From positions 1-46,717 of IMG/VR virus record IMGVR_UViG_3300025723_000063: a stretch of 46,717 nt of DNA. One strand, written 5' to 3'. The notes below the pieces were generated by a model. That model had not been told where the DNA came from and ran no database searches. It saw only the letters and a list, made by a program, of their open reading frames with translations. Both the position numbers and the translations under genes were made by a program. This document shows, piece after piece, positions 28,086 through 37,418 of this stretch. Source of the stretch: a virus. Its lineage: Duplodnaviria > Caudoviricetes. Every line of letters begins with the position of its first letter. The first letter of the stretch is position 1.

Positions 28086-28795
28086 CCGTTACTTTTCCAT
28101 CGTCGGGCTACTACTGCACTCGCTGTGGAGTGTGGGTATCTAACACCACCAACGGGCACTCGTGCCCACCCCTTACTTACCCCTCAACATCTTCCAACAC
28201 GGTGTCGTGGTATCCCAACAACTTCGCTTTGGAAAAGAAGTTGGACGAAGTGATTTCACTGCTCAAAAAACTTCCCGACACCGACGCTCTCAACAACAAG
28301 TTGGTGCGAGTTGTTGCGAAGATTGAAACTCTCCGAACGGGGGTTACCGTTCAGTCCACGACAACGAACCACAAGTATCCCATTGGTGAAAAGGTGCGCC
28401 TTGTCAACGGCAACACGAAGGGGCAGTGGGGAACTGTCGCCCAACACTTGCTCAACGGTCAGTATCTGGTGGAAAACACTTGGCTAGAGAATGACCCCAT
28501 GAAGAACAAGGGCGACCTGCCGACCTACCAAGTGATGGCAGAGGGACTGATACGCCCTTTAGCCACCTTGCTCACCGTTTCCGACCTAAAGGTGGGCGAC
28601 GTGGTGAAATACATTGACGGGGTAAGTGGTTACTATCGCTCAGAAAGCGGAACGTTCACTGTGACCGCCGTCGGTGAGAAGCACGTTATGTTGTCGGGTC
28701 TTGATTGGCACGGCGAGCAGATTGAGTTCAGCCATGACCCAGCCGATTTGGAGCCTGCGGTACTTGACACCAACAACTCAACCGCAGTAGAGTAG
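28082..28795 (+). CDS. Hypothetical protein with two SH3/KOW-like segments
   Basis: YPIGEKVRLV and LKVGDVVKY segments; N-terminal CxxC. Confidence 0.55.
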   Translation: MTVTFPSSGYYCTRCGVWVSNTTNGHSCPPLTYPSTSSNTVSWYPNNFALEKKLDEVISLLKKLPDTDALNNKLVRVVAKIETLRTGVTVQSTTTNHKYPIGEKVRLVNGNTKGQWGTVAQHLLNGQYLVENTWLENDPMKNKGDLPTYQVMAEGLIRPLATLLTVSDLKVGDVVKYIDGVSGYYRSESGTFTVTAVGEKHVMLSGLDWHGEQIEFSHDPADLEPAVLDTNNSTAVE

Positions 28796-28830
28796 AACCG
28801 TAACCGCATCACCAACCCGTAAAGGAAACC

Positions 28831-29022
28831 ATGTCAACACTCATCATCTTGTTTGTAGCCGTTGTCGTTATCGGCTCATTCATTGACGCTTGCCTTCAGC
28901 ACAAGAGCAAGTGGGACGCAGTTCAGAAGTCGAAGGCTGGCTGGCTCGTCCTCATCTTCTTTTTTGGCATCTTCGCCACCATTCCCTACCTCGTGTCGGT
29001 TCGCCCAAAGTTGACCAAGTAA
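28831..29022 (+). CDS. Small two-TM membrane protein (DUF2516/PLDc_N-like)
   Basis: KSKAGWLVLIFFF...YLVSVRPKL; AAAGGA RBS. Confidence 0.6.
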   Translation: MSTLIILFVAVVVIGSFIDACLQHKSKWDAVQKSKAGWLVLIFFFGIFATIPYLVSVRPKLTK

Positions 29023-29098
29023 TGGTGAAAACCGTTCTCATCGCACTGGTCTGTGGGAACCTCGGCTACATCGCTGGTCGCATCAGTAAGCGATAGCC

Positions 29099-29818
29099 AT
29101 GGCAGTGAAATACCTACTGACCAACGGCAACCGAGAGTTGGCGAAGGACGGGGTATTCACTTGGACGCTCCCAGCACTCAACGCACGGCTCAGCAACGGC
29201 AAGAACCACGTCACCTGCCCTAGCGCAGGTATCTGTGCCAACCTTTGCTACGCCCGTAGCGGAACATTCAACTTCAGCAATGTGAAAAAAGCGCACGTTG
29301 CCAAATTGGAAATGCTGCTCAATGACCTAAGCGGTTGGGAAGCGCAAATGACCGCCGAACTGCAAGCCAAGCGATACCGTGGTGGAAAATGGGTGCGTAT
29401 CCACGACAGCGGAGACTTTTTTTCGCCCGAATACTTTGAGGCGTGGCTCCGTATTGCCGAGGCGACACCCGACGTGCGGTTCTATGCGTACACGAAGGAA
29501 GTGGCGATGGTGAAATCCCACACCCTGCCCGACAACTTCATCATCATCTTCTCCATGGGTGGCAAGCAAGACGGTTTGATTGACGTAGAGCGTGACCGCC
29601 ACGCTGACGTGTTCCCTACATTGGAAGCACTCGTTGAGGCTGGATACACCGACCAAGAGGACAGCGACATTCTTGCAGCGACGTTGCCAACGCCCAAGAT
29701 TGGCATTGTGGTGAACAACATTCCCCACCTAAAGAAACGCCAAGGCACAGCCACCTTTGCTAGCCTGCAACAAGAACGAGACGAACTGGTAGAAAGGCAC
29801 AAGAATGGGCGGGCCTAA
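29099..29818 (+). CDS. Gene product 88 (GP88) family protein
   Basis: TCPSAGICANLCYA, VRIHDSGDFFS, FYAYTK. Confidence 0.8.
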   Translation: MAVKYLLTNGNRELAKDGVFTWTLPALNARLSNGKNHVTCPSAGICANLCYARSGTFNFSNVKKAHVAKLEMLLNDLSGWEAQMTAELQAKRYRGGKWVRIHDSGDFFSPEYFEAWLRIAEATPDVRFYAYTKEVAMVKSHTLPDNFIIIFSMGGKQDGLIDVERDRHADVFPTLEALVEAGYTDQEDSDILAATLPTPKIGIVVNNIPHLKKRQGTATFASLQQERDELVERHKNGRA

Positions 29819-30098
29819 GCCACCGTGCAACTGCCATAAGGACGCTCTTGTGGCGCAGAACCGTGCCGAGGCGCTCCTTTTGGAACTCATCTCCGAGCGG
29901 TTGCTGAAGCACAAGCCACCGTCGAAGGAAGAAGTCGAGGCCGACGACAAGCGCATGACCGACCTCGGCTACCCACCCACTGAAATCGAACTGGCGCACC
30001 GCAAGGGCTATGACATGGGCTGGTGGGAGTGCTACGAAGTGTTGAGCAACCTCATTGACGCACACAACGATAACAACGAATACCGCAGGCAACGGTAA
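29805..30098 (+). CDS. Hypothetical protein
   Basis: 97-aa ORF, GAAAGG RBS. Confidence 0.5.
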   Translation: MGGPKPPCNCHKDALVAQNRAEALLLELISERLLKHKPPSKEEVEADDKRMTDLGYPPTEIELAHRKGYDMGWWECYEVLSNLIDAHNDNNEYRRQR

Positions 30099-30159
30099 AT
30101 AACGAACAAGCGTCTACAGATAACGCTATGTGTACACAGTTAGAAACAGGTGAAATGTA

Positions 30160-30330
30160 ATGCCAGAACAAGGAAACTACTCATACCTCAACCCAGCCGA
30201 GGACTTTTCACTGAACTGTCAAGCCTGCGGATTTACCGAGGAAGAAGAACAAGCCATCGTCAAGTTCTTTGCGTACATACGCCAAGCCGAGGAACTGAAG
30301 CGAGCGAGCGAAAGGCTATTCAGCGAATGA
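30160..30330 (+). CDS. Small hypothetical protein, not in ORF track
   Basis: 56 codons; ATGA overlap with next gene. Confidence 0.45.
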   Translation: MPEQGNYSYLNPAEDFSLNCQACGFTEEEEQAIVKFFAYIRQAEELKRASERLFSE

Positions 30331-30665
30331 CCCCCGAAGAAATCAAAGCCCTACGAGAGAAGCACGGCAAATTTGGGTTTCGAGAGAACCGAACCTTTTG
30401 TGTTTTTTGCCTAGATGATGACGGATTGGACATCCCCTACCCCTGCGACGTAATCAAGGTACTGGACGAACTAGACCGAGTAATGAACGCTGCTGAAATC
30501 TACGGTCTTACCGTCAAAGCAATGACCGAAATCAATACGGCGGACGTGTACGAAAAACGAATTACCAAGGCGCTCGACGCAATCAACAAAATCAACACAA
30601 TGCGAGTGGACGAGGACGACTTTGAGTGGCTACAGACCGCCGAGTTCACCCTGAAGGGGGAGTAG
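30327..30665 (+). CDS. Hypothetical protein (H...CxxC...YPC motif)
   Basis: MTPEEIKALREKH start after GAAAGG; CVFC...PYPCD. Confidence 0.6.
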   Translation: MTPEEIKALREKHGKFGFRENRTFCVFCLDDDGLDIPYPCDVIKVLDELDRVMNAAEIYGLTVKAMTEINTADVYEKRITKALDAINKINTMRVDEDDFEWLQTAEFTLKGE

Positions 30666-30669
30666 TGAA

Positions 30670-30840
30670 ATGACGCAGGAACCGAGAGACGGCGACATGA
30701 TGGTGCTGGACGATGAAGTAACCGTCGAAGTGTTTTACAAGGGCAAGTGGGTCAACACAGAGCCGCCAATGACAATTCACAGCATCGCCCCGTACTACAA
30801 ACTCAAGCCATTTGGCACCTATCCGTATGAGGTGAAATGA
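30670..30840 (+). CDS. Small hypothetical protein, not in ORF track
   Basis: GGGGAG RBS; 56 codons; ATGA overlap with next gene. Confidence 0.45.
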   Translation: MTQEPRDGDMMVLDDEVTVEVFYKGKWVNTEPPMTIHSIAPYYKLKPFGTYPYEVK

Positions 30841-31676
30841 CCGAAGCGCCAATCGTCCTCGTTCACGTCCTCGCACGGAACAAGGAAGCCACGCTAGGAC
30901 TGTACCTAGAGACGATGTACGAGTGGGACTACCCCAAGGAACGTATCGTCCTCTACGTCCGCACCAACAACAACTCAGACCGCACTGGTGGAATGTTGAG
31001 CGAGTACATCGCCAAGTACGGCAACGAGTACATGGCAGTGGTCTACGAGGGGCGCAACATTGACCGCCCAATCAATCACCAGAAGGTTCACGAATGGGAC
31101 GGGGAACGCCTAACCACGATGCGAATGCTCCGCAACAAGGGGTTCGCAGTGGCCCACGAGTGGGCGTGCGACTTCTATTTCACCGCCGACGTTGACAACT
31201 ACGTCATGCCGCACACGTTGACGACGTTGGTTGAACTCAACCTGCCCGTCGTTTCACCACTGCTTCGCTACGCCGTTGACCCAGACGAGGTTGTCGAACT
31301 CAATAAGGTAGCGGCGAACGATACCTACTCCAACTTTGACACCGTAGTTTTGGATACGGGCGACACCCATCATGGTGAAAACGCCCACCTGTTCGACCAG
31401 CGATACTTCGACATTCTCCATCGCAACGTCGTCGGCATTCATCAAGTAGACCTCGTACACGCCACCTACCTCATCCGCCGAGACGTTTTCACCACCATCG
31501 GCTACACAAACGGGGTCGCAGGCTTCGAGTACATCATCTTCGCCTACAACTTGCGCATTGCTGGAATCCCACAATACGTTGACAACCGAGAAATCTACGG
31601 GTGCATCACACTGGCGGAAAACGAGGCCGCATGCCGCCGCTACATGACCCAACTAAAGGAGCAGTATGACCAGTGA
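30837..31676 (+). CDS. GT-A glycosyltransferase resembling the N-terminal domain of procollagen galactosyltransferase (COLGALT1/GLT25D1-like)
   Basis: VLARN..L..YL...DYPKERI.LYV.T.NN.D.T; W...R....LRN; DxD (ADVDN); VVSPLL; YSNF; VDLVHATYLI; DNREIYG. Confidence 0.75.
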   Translation: MTEAPIVLVHVLARNKEATLGLYLETMYEWDYPKERIVLYVRTNNNSDRTGGMLSEYIAKYGNEYMAVVYEGRNIDRPINHQKVHEWDGERLTTMRMLRNKGFAVAHEWACDFYFTADVDNYVMPHTLTTLVELNLPVVSPLLRYAVDPDEVVELNKVAANDTYSNFDTVVLDTGDTHHGENAHLFDQRYFDILHRNVVGIHQVDLVHATYLIRRDVFTTIGYTNGVAGFEYIIFAYNLRIAGIPQYVDNREIYGCITLAENEAACRRYMTQLKEQYDQ

Positions 31677-31875
31677 AATCGTCGCCTACACAAACAACGG
31701 GGTACTGCTGTGCCTGAAGTGCGTAGACCGCTTCGACCTCACCAACCCCAATGAGCGTGACCCAGAGGACGAGTTTCTCCCCGTGTCGCCAGAACTCATG
31801 AAGGCGAACGTCGCAATCTACGGGCGAGAACTTCGCTGCAACTCCTTAGCATGTGGTGAAATCATCCAACGATGA
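31666..31875 (+). CDS. Small Cys-containing hypothetical protein
   Basis: CLKC and C-x4-C; AAGGAG RBS. Confidence 0.5.
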   Translation: MTSEIVAYTNNGVLLCLKCVDRFDLTNPNERDPEDEFLPVSPELMKANVAIYGRELRCNSLACGEIIQR

Positions 31876-31889
31876 ACTAGAGTTGAGAC

Positions 31890-32075
31890 ATGATTCAGAA
31901 GTCTCGATGGCTGGTTGAACACGACGCTCGCAATCACCGTGTGTTTGAGCGCCACATCGTCGAAGCAAACAACGCCGACCATGCTGAAATCCTCGTGCGC
32001 ATAAAAGACCCCGACCTCGATTGGGGTAGCGGACGGTTCGAGGTTCGCATAACCCACCTTGAAGTGGTGAAATGA
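31890..32075 (+). CDS. Small hypothetical protein
   Basis: Leaderless TAGAGT-N6-ATG; ATGA overlap with next gene. Confidence 0.5.
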   Translation: MIQKSRWLVEHDARNHRVFERHIVEANNADHAEILVRIKDPDLDWGSGRFEVRITHLEVVK

Positions 32076-32512
32076 ATGGGGAGCGCAAGCCGTTCAGTCA
32101 GGAACTCTATGACGACGACGACAGCGCCAAAGAGCAACTCATCGCCTACCTCGCCGCCAAGGGGTTCGACAACCCACGAGTGAACCCAGACCAGTACGGG
32201 ATTGACGTACTGGCGGAACGTGGTGGTGAAATGTACGCCTTCGAGGTCGAAGTGAAGCACAACTGGAAGGGCGACTACTTCCCGTACAAGGAAGTCCACT
32301 TCGCCTACCGCAAAATCAAGTTCACGGAAATCCCCGACATTTCACTGCGCAAAACGTTCTTCGTGATGCTCAACCACGAGCGGAACATCGCCCTACGGGT
32401 AGACGGCGTGACCTTCGCCGCCAGCCCCGTGACGATGAAGAAAACTAAGTACACATCTAGTGAAAAGTTCGTTGAGGTACCCGTGCATTTGGTATCGTTT
32501 TTCCAACTATGA
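32072..32512 (+). CDS. PD-(D/E)XK nuclease-like protein
   Basis: YGIDVL...FEVEVK motif. Confidence 0.6.
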   Translation: MNGERKPFSQELYDDDDSAKEQLIAYLAAKGFDNPRVNPDQYGIDVLAERGGEMYAFEVEVKHNWKGDYFPYKEVHFAYRKIKFTEIPDISLRKTFFVMLNHERNIALRVDGVTFAASPVTMKKTKYTSSEKFVEVPVHLVSFFQL

Positions 32513-33084
32513 ACCTCAAAGACGCAATCGCCCAACTGAAGGAAGAAGAAGCAGTCGTCGAGCGCAAGAAGCGCCAGCGCACCGAGGCCCAGAAAGCACG
32601 CCGCAAGAAACTAGACCTCGCCAGACGTGAGGAAATCAACGCCAAGAGACGTGAAGCGTATGCCGAGCGCACCAAGGGGATACCGAGGAAAATCAACCCC
32701 GACAACGTGCAGATTCACGGCACGACCAACTCATACCAACGATGGAAGTGCCGATGCGACGAATGCCGAGGGGCGTACAACAAGGCCACCTACGAACGCC
32801 GCATCAAGAGGTACGAGTACTACAAGAGCATTGATTACCAAGGAGTAACCCACGGCACCGAGTACGGCTACAACCACACAGGTTGTCGCTGCCTACTGTG
32901 TCGAGAAGCGGTACGCCTCAGCCACCAGCACCAACGGCGAAAGAACGGCGCACAGCCCCGTCCAAGCGCCAATCACGGCTCCTACGGCAAGTACATCCAA
33001 GGATGCCGCTGCGAACCGTGCACCGAAGCCAACCGTGCCTACATCAAGGCATACCGAGAGAACAAGAAGAAGGCCACCGAATGA
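32509..33084 (+). CDS. Basic protein with three HG[TS]..Y..CRCxxC Zn-binding repeats
   Basis: HGTTNSYQRWKCRCDEC; HGTEYGYNHTGCRCLLC; HGSYGKYIQGCRCEPC. Confidence 0.7.
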   Translation: MNLKDAIAQLKEEEAVVERKKRQRTEAQKARRKKLDLARREEINAKRREAYAERTKGIPRKINPDNVQIHGTTNSYQRWKCRCDECRGAYNKATYERRIKRYEYYKSIDYQGVTHGTEYGYNHTGCRCLLCREAVRLSHQHQRRKNGAQPRPSANHGSYGKYIQGCRCEPCTEANRAYIKAYRENKKKATE

Positions 33085-33193
33085 CGAACCCAGCCCCCAA
33101 GCGCATCACGAACGCCCCAGTGAAATCCAACCCCAAGGCGGCCCCTTCCAAAACGGCCCCACCAGCGACCCCACAGAAGCCCAAGCGAATCAA

Positions 33194-33646
33194 ATGACCC
33201 TCAGCCTGCGTGAGGCCATCATCATGGTCAAGTCGGGTCAGGAACCTGAAGAGAAGCGCCACCTACCCGTTGTCGGCAAGCCGCCCAAAGCCAAGCCCGT
33301 CAAGCGACCACCGAGTACAAAAAAACCAAAACCCAAGGCCGCAAAGAATACTCATGCCCATGGAGAGTACCGAAACTACTTCATAGGCGGATGTAGGTGC
33401 AATCTATGTAGAAGTGCAGCAACGACCTACTCCAAAGCCAAGAGACACGAACGCTACAACACGCCAACAGAACAGATACCCCACGGGACAAAGAACGGGT
33501 ACGCCAACTTCGGATGTAGGTGCACACCATGCTTAGGAGCAATGAAGCAGTACCAACGTAGGTACCCAGAATCCCCAGAAGCCAAAGCACGCCGAGCAGA
33601 GCGCAAGAGGGCCAACCGAGCCAAGAAACGTGCTCTACAGGGGTAG
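33194..33646 (+). CDS. Basic protein with two HG..Y..GCRCxxC repeats
   Basis: HGEYRNYFIGGCRCNLC; HGTKNGYANFGCRCTPC; ATG 33194 coupled to a short upstream ORF (33081-33197). Confidence 0.65.
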   Translation: MTLSLREAIIMVKSGQEPEEKRHLPVVGKPPKAKPVKRPPSTKKPKPKAAKNTHAHGEYRNYFIGGCRCNLCRSAATTYSKAKRHERYNTPTEQIPHGTKNGYANFGCRCTPCLGAMKQYQRRYPESPEAKARRAERKRANRAKKRALQG

Positions 33647-33655
33647 ACTGTACCC

Positions 33656-34249
33656 ATGGCAAAGCAAGGACGCAAACTCCTACTCAACGAGGCAATGATT
33701 GCCAAGATAGTTGAGGCGACACAGTACGGCAACTACGCCACGGTCATCTGCGATTATGTAGGAATCTCAACGGTTTCCCTCGCCAACTGGCTACGCAAGG
33801 GAGAGGAACTGAGCGAGAAGGACGAGAGCGAACTGACCGACGAAGAACGTTTGTTTGTCAAGTTGTTTTTTGATGTTAGAAAGGCACGAGGACTGTCCGA
33901 GATGAGGGCCGTCGAGCGCATTCGCAAGGCTGGCGAACAGGATTGGAAGGCAGCGGCATGGTTCTTGGAGCGCACGGCAACGGCACGATGGGGCAGGGTT
34001 GACAGGACGGAGATTACGGGGGCCGACGGCGGAGCGATTGCCATTGATGCCGAGGTAGTCAGTCGCAAGTTGGAAGCGATGATGGCTAATCAAGGCGTGT
34101 TGGACGCAAAGGCCATTGAGGATGCACAAGTACACGATGTGGCGATTGAGGGCGTTACAGGGCTACTAGAGGCCGTCTCACGGGAGATTGTGACGGCCCA
34201 CTCAGACGAGCCGTCCGACGACGAGGACGACAGTACTACGGTTGAGTAG
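33656..34249 (+). CDS. terS: Terminase small subunit
   Basis: HTH (ICDYVGISTVSLANWLRKG), DWKAAAWFLER..WGR, EITGADGGAI. Confidence 0.75.
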   Translation: MAKQGRKLLLNEAMIAKIVEATQYGNYATVICDYVGISTVSLANWLRKGEELSEKDESELTDEERLFVKLFFDVRKARGLSEMRAVERIRKAGEQDWKAAAWFLERTATARWGRVDRTEITGADGGAIAIDAEVVSRKLEAMMANQGVLDAKAIEDAQVHDVAIEGVTGLLEAVSREIVTAHSDEPSDDEDDSTTVE

Positions 34250-34591
34250 ACAAATACTTCCATTGTCTCACACTTCGAGGCACATGTCAAGTTATTTCCC
34301 ATGTTATTCCTTGATACAGGGTATGCGTGCGCATGACTTGACACGGGCGGTAGGTTCTGACCCCCCCCAGAATCTTGGCGACTTGTCGTCTTGCCCAAAA
34401 AGGCGGTAAGCCCACACGCCTCACTCCAAATCGTCTGACACGCACCCCACTCTAGCGTCAGAACCGTACCGAAAGCGTTACTGTCCTGCCATACCCTGCA
34501 CCCGTACAGGGGATACCCTGTACTTATCGTTCCTAGATTGGAACAATAAAAATCCCACCCACGCAGGCCCAACCCTGCTACAGTGAAATCC

Positions 34592-35185
34592 ATGACAGAC
34601 ACACCCAACTGGTTCCGCATAAACGCCGAAGCGAACTTCCGTGCCTTCGCTCTCGATACTGAGTACTTGTCCTTCCGAGACGAGATACACGTCCTGCAAC
34701 TGGGCGTATTCGCTGGGCACGCCTCAGAATGGATTGCCAAGTTCCTACTGACGAACCCCCTCTCAACCCTTACCGACGTGGATACATGGGCAGGGAGCGA
34801 GGAAGCCGCTCACGATGCCATGGACTTCGCCAAGATTGAAACTGAGTACGACGCTCGTGTAGCGGAGTTTGGCGACAAGGTGCAGAAGAACAAGATGACG
34901 ACGGACGCTTGGTTCCGTTCGTTCCCCCCGACGGCGAACGCCTACGACCTTATCTACATTGACGCAGACCACACGGCGATTGGAACGCTAGAGGACGCAG
35001 TGAAATCCCATGGCCTTCTCAAGGTCGGCGGCCTTCTTGTGTTCGACGACTATGTGTGGACGGCGGACGATGCCAGTCCGTACAACGCTCCAAAACTCGC
35101 CATTGATTCTTTCATGCGTGTCTACGGCAACAAGTACGAGACGGTTGCCGTCAATGCCCAAGCGTGGCTGCGTAAGGTCGCCTAG
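34592..35185 (+). CDS. Class I SAM-dependent methyltransferase (Methyltransf_24-like)
   Basis: LQLGVFAG, DVDTWAGSEE, YDLIYIDADH, LKVGGLLVFDDY. Confidence 0.85.
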   Translation: MTDTPNWFRINAEANFRAFALDTEYLSFRDEIHVLQLGVFAGHASEWIAKFLLTNPLSTLTDVDTWAGSEEAAHDAMDFAKIETEYDARVAEFGDKVQKNKMTTDAWFRSFPPTANAYDLIYIDADHTAIGTLEDAVKSHGLLKVGGLLVFDDYVWTADDASPYNAPKLAIDSFMRVYGNKYETVAVNAQAWLRKVA

Positions 35186-35802
35186 TGGCACGAGGGGTGC
35201 AACTGCTACCACAGGACTGTGACAACGGAGACGGAACCGCCACAATTCCATTGTTCGACAGGTACGGCGAGAAGATTGCCGAGACAATCATTGACGCTGA
35301 GGACTTAGAGCGAGTATTGCAACTGGGCTACTGGCACATACACAACAGAAACACGAAAAAACGCCTTTACGCCAGTTGTGGCGCAGTAGTCGAGGGCAAG
35401 CGCATAGAGGTGCGACTACATCGCTTCATTATGGACTGCCCCAAGGGTTTGGAAGTAGACCACATCAATCGCAATGGGCTGGACAATCTCAAGGGGAACC
35501 TACGCATTACGACGACGGCGCAGAACCTTCAGAACCAAGGGGTGCGCAAGAACTCTTCGACAGGGCTTCGTGGGGTAAGCCGTAGGGAATACAAAAATCG
35601 TGTTTTCTTCACCGCCAGAGGAAGCCTAAACCTTGGGAACGGCAAGTACCAAAGTGTTTACTTGGGGTCGTTCGATACCGCCGAAGAAGCCAACAAGGTC
35701 GCCCAAGAATGGCGCTTGGCAAACATGACGCACACGATTGAGGAAACCCTAAAAACCTTTGATACGACATCTCGTATCAACCCCACTATAGGAGCGCAGT
35801 GA
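35185..35802 (+). CDS. HNH homing endonuclease with AP2-like domain
   Basis: LHRFIM...VDHINRNGLDN..NLR...QN; STGLRGV; YLGSFDTAEEA. Confidence 0.9.
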   Translation: MARGVQLLPQDCDNGDGTATIPLFDRYGEKIAETIIDAEDLERVLQLGYWHIHNRNTKKRLYASCGAVVEGKRIEVRLHRFIMDCPKGLEVDHINRNGLDNLKGNLRITTTAQNLQNQGVRKNSSTGLRGVSRREYKNRVFFTARGSLNLGNGKYQSVYLGSFDTAEEANKVAQEWRLANMTHTIEETLKTFDTTSRINPTIGAQ

Positions 35803-36353
35803 AATCCCACGCAACGTACAACGCCTCGACGGATTTGGAAGGCGTATACATGCCGAGCGTTGCGAACTATCTGCTGGGGCGTGAGGACACGACGCAACTG
35901 CGTGAGGCAAACAAGCAAGAGCAACTTGCCTACGACATTGACTTCTATTGGTCGCACATCGTCAAGGGACACGAGTTGGAATCGTCTATCGAAGTCAAAG
36001 TGGACGGGCAGATACATCGCACGGGCAACTTCGCCTTCGAGACGGTGAGTAACAAGGAAGGTGGCACCGCTGGTTGCTTCCTGCGGAGTGAAGCCGACGA
36101 GTGGTATTACCTGTCGGCTGGGGACGGCACCCTGTATCGCTGGCGACAGAAACCTGTACGAGAATGGTTCCTCGCCAACCAATCTAGGTTCCGTTCAGTG
36201 ACCCCTCAAACGCCGTCTAGCGCCACCAGACGTGGATACACGTCAACCGCACACCTCGTGCCCGTAAAGGCGCTCCTGAACGCTGGGGGGTCGGCAATCA
36301 AGATTGAGAAGTTGGACGTTCCGCCACTGCCAGATTGGTACATAAACCCGTAG
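35799..36353 (+). CDS. PD-(D/E)XK nuclease-like protein
   Basis: DIDF...IEVKVD...TGNFAFETVSN...GCFLRSEAD. Confidence 0.6.
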   Translation: MKSHATYNASTDLEGVYMPSVANYLLGREDTTQLREANKQEQLAYDIDFYWSHIVKGHELESSIEVKVDGQIHRTGNFAFETVSNKEGGTAGCFLRSEADEWYYLSAGDGTLYRWRQKPVREWFLANQSRFRSVTPQTPSSATRRGYTSTAHLVPVKALLNAGGSAIKIEKLDVPPLPDWYINP

Positions 36354-36496
36354 GTGGGCAGCACCAAGCGAGTAAGAATCTTGTCTTGGTGAGCAATGCC
36401 AACCAATAGGCGAAGGGGTACCCAAGGGTCAATCAGGGCGTTGCTTTGGTTGGTCAGGTAAATGGAGAACCTGCACCAACTTGTAACCCCATGTTA

Positions 36497-37189
36497 TCAG
36501 GGTTGAGTATCCAACGTCAAGTCAATCAAGGGATGACCATCGTCGTCGAGCATCTCGTAGGGCGAGAAGAGAGCGTCGGCTGGGATAAACCTGTCGTCGT
36601 CGTTCTTGTGGCTCGCTACAACCGTTCCTGCGTCGTAGAGGGGCTGGGTGACCCGAAGGCCGCCCAAGAGCCTTACACGGCTATCTGGGCGTGGCTCAGC
36701 GTCCTTACAGAGGCCACAGTCGCAGTCGGCTAGGCGGACTTCACCCCACAGGACAATGCGCCCCATCTCAACGTCGGCAGGAGTGACGTAGATGCCTTGC
36801 GCTCCGCCCAGAATCCTCATCTCCACTCGGACTTCCGTGTCGAGCAGCATGGCGCAGGTGTCACGGCGCATGATGCCCAGTTCCTTGCGCATTTGCCACT
36901 CGTGGCGAGGCAAGTAGTCAACGTCGAGCAGTTCACACACGCCCATCTCGCACGCAATCTGGTGTTCCATGAGGTTCATCTTGATGTCGGACGGGGGTCG
37001 CCATACCTTAGGGTCGGTATTGCCCGTGTAGTGGAGCCAGCGAGTGCGCTCGTTGTCGTAGTGCCCTTCGACGTAGGCACCGACAAGGCCATCTTCGACT
37101 TCGGTCAAAGTGATTTTGGGTGCGACCTTGGCGAGTTCGACGGCGGCGTTCATGGCACGTTCTCTACGGGCTTTGGGGGACATGCTCAT
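36497..37189 (-). CDS. Hypothetical protein, possibly a degenerate restriction-like fold
   Basis: 230-aa ORF with AGAAAG RBS; ACEMGVCELL..VEMR; CCAACTGA box at 37253-37260. Confidence 0.55.
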   Translation of the reverse strand: MSMSPKARRERAMNAAVELAKVAPKITLTEVEDGLVGAYVEGHYDNERTRWLHYTGNTDPKVWRPPSDIKMNLMEHQIACEMGVCELLDVDYLPRHEWQMRKELGIMRRDTCAMLLDTEVRVEMRILGGAQGIYVTPADVEMGRIVLWGEVRLADCDCGLCKDAEPRPDSRVRLLGGLRVTQPLYDAGTVVASHKNDDDRFIPADALFSPYEMLDDDGHPLIDLTLDTQP

Positions 37190-37327
37190 TGGTTCGATTC
37201 TTTCTTTTTCTCAGGATGGGTTGGATTTGGGTGTCAAGTCAGACGGGTTTCATCAGTTGGGTACAAACCCTACCATAGTTGAGTGGGGCGATTTTCCGAA
37301 AAACTTTCTTTGGCTACGCCACTAGCA

Positions 37328-37363
37328 GTGAAATCCATTGCAAATCCCGTGCAAATCCCGTGC
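37328..37363 (+). repeat. Short tandem repeat upstream of terL
   Basis: GTGAAATCCAT TGCAAATCCCG TGCAAATCCCG TGC (11-bp period). Confidence 0.65.
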
Positions 37364-37418
37364 GGAGTAAGAGTAAGCGCCGAACTTTTCCAAAACGGCA
37401 AGGTACGATAGTAGGGTT

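Noticed and set aside
34090-34740. 216-aa minus-strand ORF across the terS gap
   Set aside because: Overlaps two well-supported plus-strand genes and has no motifs
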